Below, in pieces: positions 55,601 through 64,000 of a stretch of DNA of 64,000 nt (the first letter of the stretch is position 1; each line of letters begins with the position of its first letter). Origin of the DNA: Eledone cirrhosa. Taxonomy: Eukaryota. The stretch is taken from assembly GCA_964016885.1 (NCBI GenBank), contig OZ024741.1, forward strand, positions 246,326,001-246,390,000. The letters are read 5' to 3'. A program made the translations under genes and the position numbers. The notes beneath the pieces are model-generated. The model saw only the letters and a program-made list of their open reading frames with translations, had not been told where the DNA came from and ran no database searches.

Positions 55601-58600
55601 GGAAATTATCTCCCCTTGATTTTTTTTACAAATTATCTCCCCCTTTTTTTTTTTTACAAATTATCTCCCCCTGATTTTTTTTTACAAATTATCTCCCCCT
55701 GATTTTTTTTTACAAATTATCTCCCCCTGATTTTTTTTACAAATTATCTCCCCCCTGATTTTTTTACAAATTATCTCCCCTTGGCTGGCTGGAAATTATC
55801 TCCCCTTGGAGGCTGGAACTTATCTCCCCTTGGACGGCTAGAAATTACCTCTCCTTGGACGGCTGGAAAATATGTCTCCTTGGACGGCTGGATATTATCT
55901 CCCCTTGGACGGCTGGAAATTATCTCCCCTTGGACGGCTGGAAATTATCTCCCCTTGGATGGCTAGATATTACCTCCCCTTGGACGGCTGGAAATTATCT
56001 CCCCTTGATTTTTTTAACAAATTATCTCCCCCTGATTTTTTTTTACAAATGATCTCCCCCTGATTTTTTTTAAAAAATTATCTCCCCCTGATTTTTGTTT
56101 ACAAATTATCTCCGCCTGATTTTTTTTAACAAATTATCTCCCCTTGGACGGCTGGAAATTATCTCCCCTTGGACGGCTGGAAATTATATCTCCTTGGACG
56201 GCTAGAATTTACCTCTCCTTGGACGGCTGAAAATTATCTCCCCTTGGACGGCTGGAAATTATCTCCCCTTGATTTTTTTTACAAATCATCTCCCCCTGAT
56301 TTTTTTTTACAAATTATCTCCCCCTGATTTTTTTTTACAAATTATCTCCCCCTGATTTTTTTTTACAAATTATCTCCATCTGATTTTTTTACAAATTATC
56401 TCCCCTTGGCTGGCTGGAAATTATCTCCCCTTGGAGGCTGGAACTTATCTCCCCTTGGACGGCTAGAAATTACCTCTCCTTGGACGGCTGGAAAATATGT
56501 CTCCTTGGACAGCTGGATATTATCTCCCCTTGGACGGCTGGAAATTATCTCCCCTTGGACGGCTGGAAATTATCTCCCCTTGGATGGCTAGATATTACCT
56601 CCCCTTGGACGGCTGGAAATTATCTCCCCTTGATTTTTTTTACAAATTATCTCCCCCTGATTTTTTTTTACAAATTATCTCCCCCTGATTTTTGTTTACA
56701 AATTATCTCCGCCTGATTTTTTTTTTAAAATTATCTCCCCTTGGACGGCTGGAAATTATCTCCCCTTGGACGGCTAGAAATTACCTCTCCTTGGACGGCT
56801 GAAAATTATCTCCCCTTGGACGGCTGGAAATTATCTCCCCTTGATTTTTTTACAAATTATCTCCCCCTGATTTTTTTTTTACAAATTATCTCCCCCTGAT
56901 TTTTTTTTACAAATTATCTCCCCCTGATTTTTTTTTACAAATTATCTACCCCTGATTTTTTTTACAAATTATCTCCCCCTGATTTTTTTTACAAATTATC
57001 TCCCCCTGATTTTTTTTTACAATTTATCTCCCCCTGATTTTTTTACAAATTATCTCCCCCTGATTTTTTTTACAAATTATCTCCGCCTGATTTTTTTAAA
57101 TATTATCTTCCCTTGGCTGGCGGGAAATTATCTCCCCTTGGACGGCTGAAAATTATCTCCCCTTGGACGGCTGGAAATTATCTCCCCTTGATTTTTTTTA
57201 CAAATTATCTCCCCCTGATTTTTTTTTACAAATTATCTCCCCCTGATTTTTTTACAAATTATCTCCCCCTGATTTTTTTTTACAAATTATCTCCCCCTGA
57301 TTTTTTTTACAAATTATCTCCCTCTGATTTTTTTACAAATTATCTCCCCTTGGCTGGCTGGAAATTATCTCCCCTTGGACGGCTAGAAATTACCTCTCCT
57401 TGGACGGCTGGAAAATATGTCTCCTTGGACGGCTGGATATTATCTCCCCTTGGACGGCTGGAAATTATCTCCCCTTGGACGGCTGGAAATTATCTCCCCT
57501 TGGACGGATAGATATTACCTCCCCTTGGACGGCTGGAAATTATCTCCCCTTGATTTTTTTACAAATTATCTCCCCCTGATTTATTTTACAAATCTCCCAA
57601 TGATTTTAAAAAAAAAATTATCTCCCCTTCGCTGGCTGGAAATTATCTCCCCTTGGACGCTGGAAATTATAGCCCCTTGGAGGGCTGGAAATTATCTTCC
57701 CTTGGACGGCTGGAAATTATCTCCCCTTGATTTTTTTTACAAATTATCTCCCCCTGATTTTTTTTACAAATTATCTCCCCCTGATTTTTTTTACAAATTA
57801 TCTACCCCTGATTTTTTTTACAAATTATCTCCCCCTGATTTTTTTTTACAAATTATCTCCCCCTGATTTTTTTTTACAAATTATCTCCCCCTGATTTTTT
57901 TACAAATTATCTCCCCCTGATTTTTTTTACAATCTCCGCCTGATTTTTTTAAAAATTATCTTCCCTTGGCTGGCTGGAAATTATCTCCCCTTGGACACTG
58001 GAAATTATAGCCCCTTGGAGGGCTGGAAATTATCTTCCCTTGGACGGCTGGAAATTATCTCCCCTTGATTTTTTTTACAAATTATCTCCACCTGATTTTT
58101 TTTTACAAATTATCTCCCCCTGATTTTTTTTACAAATTATCTACCCCTGATTTTTTTTTACAAATTATCTCCCCCTGATTTTTTTTACAAATTATCTCCC
58201 CCTGATTTTTCTTTTACAAATTATCTCCCCCTGATTTTTTTACAAATTATCTCCCCCTGATTTTTTTTACAAATTATCTCCGCCTGATTTTTTTAAATAT
58301 TATCTTCCCTTGGCTGGCGGGAAATTATCTCCCCTTGGACGGCTGGAAATTATCTGCCCTTGATTTTCTTTTTACAAATTATCTTCCACTGATTTTTTTT
58401 ACAAATTATCTCCACCTGATTTTTTAAAAAATTATCTCCCCTTGGAAGGCTGGAAATTATCTCCCCTTGGACGGCTGGAAATTATCTCCCCTTGGACGGC
58501 TAGAAATTATCTCTCCTTGGACGGCTGAAAATTATCTCCCCTTGGACGGCTGCAAATTATCTCCCCTTGATTTTTTTTACAAATTATCTCCCCCTGATTT

Positions 58601-61600
58601 TTTTTACAAATTATCTCCCCCTGATTTTTTTTACAAATTATCTACCCCTGATTTTTCTAACAAATTATCTCCCCCTGATTTTTTTTTACAAATTATCTCC
58701 CCCTGATTTTTTTTTACAAATTATCTCCCCCTGATTTTTTTTTTACAAATTATCTCCCCCTGATTTTTTTACAAATTATCTCCCCCTGATTTTTTTTACA
58801 ATCTCCGCCTGATTTTTTTAAAAATTATCTACCCTTGGCTGGCGGGAAATTATCTCCCCTTGGACGGCTGGAAATTATCTCCCCTTGGAAGGATGGAAAT
58901 TATCTCCCCTTGGACGGCTGGAAATTATCTCCCCTTGCACGGCTGGAAATTATCTCCCCTTGGCTGGAAATTATCTCCCCTTGGACGGCTAGAAATTATC
59001 TCTCTTTGGACGGCTGGAAATTATCTCCCTTTGATTTTTTTACAAATTATCTCCCTCTGATTTTTTTTACAAATCTCCCCCTGATTTTTTTAAAAAAATT
59101 ATCTCCCCTTCGCTGGCTGGAAATTATCTTCCCTTGGACGGCTGGAAATTATCTCACCTTGATTTTTTTTACAAATTATCTCCGCCTGATTTTTTTTTTA
59201 AATTATCTCTCCTTGGACGGCTGGAAATTATCTCCCCTTGATTTTTTTTACAAATAATCTCCCCCTGATTTTTTTTTATAAATTATCTCCCCCTGATTTT
59301 TTTTTACAAATTATCTACCCCTGATTTTTTTTTACAAATTATCTCCCCCTGATTTTTTTTACAAATTGTCTCCCCCTGATTTTTCTTTTACAAATTATCT
59401 CCCCTTGGCTGGAAATTATCTCCCCTTGGACGGCTAGAAATTATCTCTCTTTGGACGGCTGGAAATTATCACCCCTTGAGTTTTTTACAAATTATCTCCC
59501 CCTGATTTTTTTTACAAATCTCCCAGTGATTTTTTAAAAAAAATTATCTCCCCTTCGCTGGCTGGAAATTATCTCCCCTTGGACGCTGGAAATTATAGCC
59601 CCTTGGAGGGCTGGAAATTATCTTCCCTTGGACGGCTGGAAATTATCTCCCCTTGATTTTTTTTACAAATTATCTCCCCCTTTTTTTTTTTTACAAATTA
59701 TCTCCCCTTGGCTGGCTGGAAATTATCTCCCCTTGGAGGCTGGAACTTATCTCCCCTTGGACGGCTAGAAATTACCTCTCCTTGGACGGCTGGAAAATAT
59801 GTCTCCTTGGACGGCTGGATATTATCTCCCCTTGGACGGCTGGAAATTATCTCCCCTTGGACGGCTGGAAATTATCTCCCCTTGGATGGCTAGATATTAC
59901 CTCCCCTTGGACGGCTGGAAATTATCTCCCCTTGATTTTTTTAACAAATTATCTCCCCCTGATTTTTTTTTACAAATGATCTCCCCCTGATTTTTTTTAA
60001 AAAATTATCTCCCCCTGATTTTTGTTTACAAATTATCTCCGCCTGATTTTTTTTAACAAATTATCTCCCCTTGGACTGCTGGAAATTATCTCCCCTTGGA
60101 CGGCTGGAAATTATATCTCCTTGGACGGCTAGAATTTACCTCTCCTTGGACGGCTGAAAATTATCTCCCCTTGGACGGCTGGAAATTATCTCCCCTTGAT
60201 TTTTTTTACAAATCATCTCCCCCTGATTTTTTTTTACAAATTATCTCCCCCTGATTTTTTTTTACAAATTATCTCCCCCTGATTTTTTTTTACAAATTAT
60301 CTCCCCCTGATTTTTTTACAAATTATCTCCCCTTGGCTGGCTGGAAATTATCTCCCCTTGGAGGCTGGAACTTATCTCCCCTTGGACGGCTAGAAATTAC
60401 CTCTCCTTGGACGGCTGGAAAATATGTCTCCTTGGACGGCTGGATATTATCTCCCCTTGGACGGCTGGAAATTATCTCCCCTTGGACGGCTGGAAATTAT
60501 CTCCCCTTGGATGGCTAGATATTACCTCCCCTTGGACGGCTGGAAATTATCTCCCCTTGATTTTTTTTACAAATTATCTCCCCCTGATTTTTTTTTACAA
60601 ATTATCTCCCCCTGATTTTTTTTTACAAATTATCTCCCCCTGATTTTTGTTTACAAATTATCTCCGCCTGATTTTTTTTTTAAAATTATCTCCCCTTGGA
60701 CGGCTGGAAATTATCTCCCCTTGGACGGCTAGAAATTACCTCTCCTTGGACGGCTGAAAATTATCTCCCCTTGGACGGCTGGAAATTATCTCCCCTTGAT
60801 TTTTTTACAAATTATCTCCCCCTGATTTTTTTTTTACAAATTATCTCCCCCTGATTTTTTTTACAAATTATCTACCCCTGATTTTTTTTTACAAATTATC
60901 TCCCCCTGATTTTTTTTTACAAATTATCTACCCCTGATTTTTTTTACAAATTATCTCCCCCTGATTTTTTTTACAAATTATCTCCCCCTGATTTTTTTTT
61001 TACAAATTATCTCCCCCTGATTTTTTTACAAATTATCTCCCCCTGATTTTTTTTACAAATTATCTCCGCCGGATTTTTTTAAATATTATCTTCCCTTGGC
61101 TTGCGGGAAATTATCTCCCCTTGGACGGCTGAAAATTATCTCCCCTTGGACGGCTGGAAATTATCTCCCCTTGATTTTTTTTACAAATTATCTCCCCCTG
61201 ATTTTTTTTTACAAATTATCTCCCCCTGATTTTTTTTACAAATTATCTCCCCCTGATTTTTTTTTACAAATTATCTCCCCCTGATTTTTTTTACAAATTA
61301 TCTCCCCCTGATTTTTTTTACAAATTATCTCCCCCTGATTTTTTTTACAAATTATCTCCCCCTGATTTTTTTTACAAATTATCTCCGCCTGATTTTTTTA
61401 AATATTATCTTCCCTTGGCTGGCGGGAAATTATCTCCCCTTGGACGGCTGGAAATTATCTGCCCTTGATTTTCTTTTTACAAATTAACTTCCACTGATTT
61501 TTTTTACAAATTATCTCCACCTGATTTTTTTAAAAATTATCTCCCCTTGGAAGGCTGGAAATTATCTCCCCTTGGCTGGAAATTATCTCCCCTTGGACGG

Positions 61601-62550
61601 CTAGAAATTATCTCTCTTTGGACGGCGGGAAATTATCACCCCTTGAGTTTTTTACAAATTATCTCCCCCTGATTTTTTTTACAAATCTCCCAGTGATTTT
61701 TAAAAAAAAATTATCTTCCCTTCGCTGGCTGGAAATTATCTCCCCTTGGACGCTGGAAATTATAGCCCCTTGGAGGGCTGGAAATTATCTTCCCTTGGAC
61801 GGCTGGAAATTATCTCCCCTTGATTTTTTTTACAAATTATCTCCCCCTGATTTTTTTTTACAAATTATCTCCCCCTGATTTTTTTTTACAACTTATCTGC
61901 GCCTGATTTTTTTAAAAAAATTATCTCCCCTTGGACGGCTGGAAATTATCTCTCCTTGGACGGCTGGAAATTATCTCTCCTTGGACGGCTAGAATTTACC
62001 TCTCCTTGGACGGCTGAAAATTATCTCCCCTTGGACGGCTGGAAATTATCTCCCCTTGATTTTTTTTACAAATTATCTCCCCCTGATTTTTTTTTACAAA
62101 TTATCTCCCCCTGATTTTTTTTTACAAATTATCTCCCCCTGATTTTTTTTACAAATTATCTCCCCCTGATTTTTTTTTACAAATTATCTCCCCCTGATTT
62201 TTTTTTACAAATTATGTCCCCCTGATTTTTTTTTACAAATTATCTCCCCCTAATTTTTTTTTACAAATTATCTCCCCCTGATTTTTTTTTACAAATTATC
62301 TCCCCCTGATTTTTTTTTACAAATTATCTCCGCCTGATTTTTTTTTAAAAATTACCTCCCCTTGGACGGCTGGAAATTATCACCCCTTGGACGGCTGGAA
62401 ATTATCTCCCCTTGGACGGCTAGAAATTATCTCTCCTTGGACGGCTGAAAATTATCTCCCCTTGGACGGCTGCAAATTATCTCCCCTTGATTTTTTTTAC
62501 AAATTATCTCCCCCTGATTTTTTTTACAAATTATCTCCCCCTGATTTTTT
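49671..62550. repeat. ~12,987-bp higher-order repeat, copy 2 (104 bp shorter)
   Basis: Starts at acaacttatctgcgcc (49671 = 36685+12,986). It lacks four monomers (104 bp) at ~59404 relative to 46418-46521. Confidence 0.93.
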
Positions 62551-64000
62551 TTACAAATTATCTACCCCTGATTTTTTTTACAAATTATCTCCCCCTGATT
62601 TTTTTTTACAAATTATCTCCCCCTGATTTTTTTTTACAAATTATCTCCCCCTGATTTTTCTTTTACAAATTATCTCCCCCTGATTTTTTTACAAAGTATC
62701 CCCCCCTGATTTTTTTTACAATCTCCGCCTGATTTTTTTAAAAATTATCTTCCCTTGGCTGGCGGGAAATTATCTCCCCTTGGACGGCTGGAAATTATCT
62801 CCCCTTGGAAGGATGGAAATTATCTCCCCTTGGACGGCTGGAAATTATCTCCCCTTGCACGGCTGGAAATTATCTCCCATTGGACGGCTAGAAATTATCT
62901 CTCTTTGGACGGCTGGAAATTATCTCCCTTTGATTTTTTTTACAAATTATCTCCCTCTGATTTTTTTTACAAATCTCCCCCTGATTTTTTAAAAAAAATT
63001 ATCTCCCCTTCGCTGGCTGGAAATTATCTCCCCTTGGACACTGGAAATTATAGCCCCTTGGAGGGCCGGAAATTATCTTCCCTTGGACGGCTGGAAATTA
63101 TCTCCCACTGATTTTTTTTACAAATTATCTCCGCCTTATTTTTTTAAAAAATTATCTCTCCTTGGACGGCTGGAAATTATCCCCCCTTGATTTTTTTTAC
63201 AAATAATCTCCCCCTGATTTTTTTTTACAAATTATCTCCCCCTGATTTTTTTTTACAAATTATCTACCCCTGATTTTTTTTACAAATTATCTCCGCCTGA
63301 TTTTTTAAAATATTATCTTCCCTTGGCTGGCGGGAAATTATCTCCCCTTGGACGGCTGGAAATTATCTGCCCTTGATTTTCTTTTTACAAATTATCTTCC
63401 ACTGATTTTTTTTACAAATTATCTCCACCTGATTTTTTAAAAAATTATCTCCCCTTGGAAGGCTGGAAATTATCTCCCCTTGGCTGGAAATTATCTCCCC
63501 TTGGACGGCTAGAAATTATCTCTCTTTGTACGGCTGGAAATTATCACCCCTTGAGTTTTTTACAAATTATCTCCCCCTGATATTTTTTACAAATCTCCCA
63601 GTGTTTTTTAAAAAAAATTATCTCCCCTTCGCTGGCTGGAAATTATCTCCCCTTGGACGCTGGAAATTATAGCCCCTTGGAGGGCTGGAAATTATCTTCC
63701 CTTGGACGGCTGGAAATTATCTCCCCTTGATTTTTTTTACAAATTATCTCCCCCTGATTTTTTTTTACAAATTATCTCCCCCTGATTTTTTTTTACAACT
63801 TATCTGCGCCTGATTTTTTTAAAAAAATTATCTTCCCTTGGACGGCTGGAAATTATCTCCCCTTGGACGGCTGGAAATTATCTCTCCTTGGACGGCTAGA
63901 ATTTACCTCTCCTTGGACGGCTGAAAATTATCTCCCCTTGGACGGCTGGAAATTATCTCCCCTTGATTTTTTTTACAAATTATCTCCCCCTGATTTTTTT

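Larger units (their letters stand above)
1..64000. repeat. Composite two-monomer satellite DNA array (25-bp A monomer and 26-30-bp B monomer sharing core AAATTATCTCCCC), running off both window ends
   Basis: The core or a close variant recurs every ~20-30 bp across the window, always in the same orientation. It is followed by TTGGACGGCTGG (A) or CTGA-Tn-AC (B). No unique sequence was seen. Confidence 0.99.

Noticed and set aside
626-63111. All + strand ORFs (61-176 aa; KLSPLGRLEIISPWTAGNYLPLDGW and FFYKLSPPD repeats)
   Set aside because: They are translations of the satellite. The 25-bp A consensus has no stop codon and cycles through all three frames, and the 27-bp B gives 9-aa repeats. The ORFs overlap in several frames, mostly start at TTG, and end according to T-tract length.
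1-64000. CRISPR-like repeat-spacer array
   Set aside because: The constant part is only 13 bp. The intervening parts are ~8-17 bp and belong to two repeated classes rather than unique spacers. There is no leader and no cas gene.
1-64000. Telomerase-synthesised long telomeric repeat (as in 23-25-bp budding-yeast telomeres)
   Set aside because: It does not match any telomere repeat I know. Variable poly-T lengths, inherited variants and multi-kb HORs indicate recombinational amplification rather than templated addition. A subtelomeric location is not excluded.
1-64000. Programmed frameshift or phase-variable protein system based on poly-T length
   Set aside because: There is no unique coding region, promoter or conserved frame. 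T-tract lengths are copied along with the HORs as passive variants.
1-64000. Pure sequencing artefact (concatemer or low-complexity noise)
   Set aside because: Nested, phylogenetically consistent variants shared across distant copies argue for a real evolved array. Individual HOR copy numbers could still be misassembled.

Overview
The whole 64 kb window is one uninterrupted, head-to-tail satellite-type tandem array. I found no credible gene, RNA gene, transposon, unique spacer or inversion. It is built from about 2,400 monomers (estimated as 64,000/~26) of two classes that share a 13-bp core, AAATTATCTCCCC. Class A is core+TTGGACGGCTGG (25 bp, ~52% GC). Class B is core+CTGA-T(7-11)-AC (26-30 bp, ~30% GC). 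A and B occur in alternating runs (up to about 9 A and 12 B), and specific variant monomers mark the run boundaries. Runs form a few recurrent cassettes, and the cassettes form nested higher-order repeats (HORs). The periods, read from ORF-track offsets and diagnostic variants, are 74 bp, 625 bp, ~2.79 kb, ~4.4 kb, ~6.1 kb, ~7.85 kb, 11,505 bp and ~12,987 bp. All listed ORFs are read-throughs of the repeat. The host organism and chromosomal role (centromeric, pericentromeric or subtelomeric) cannot be determined from this window. HOR boundaries were estimated by eye and are approximate.
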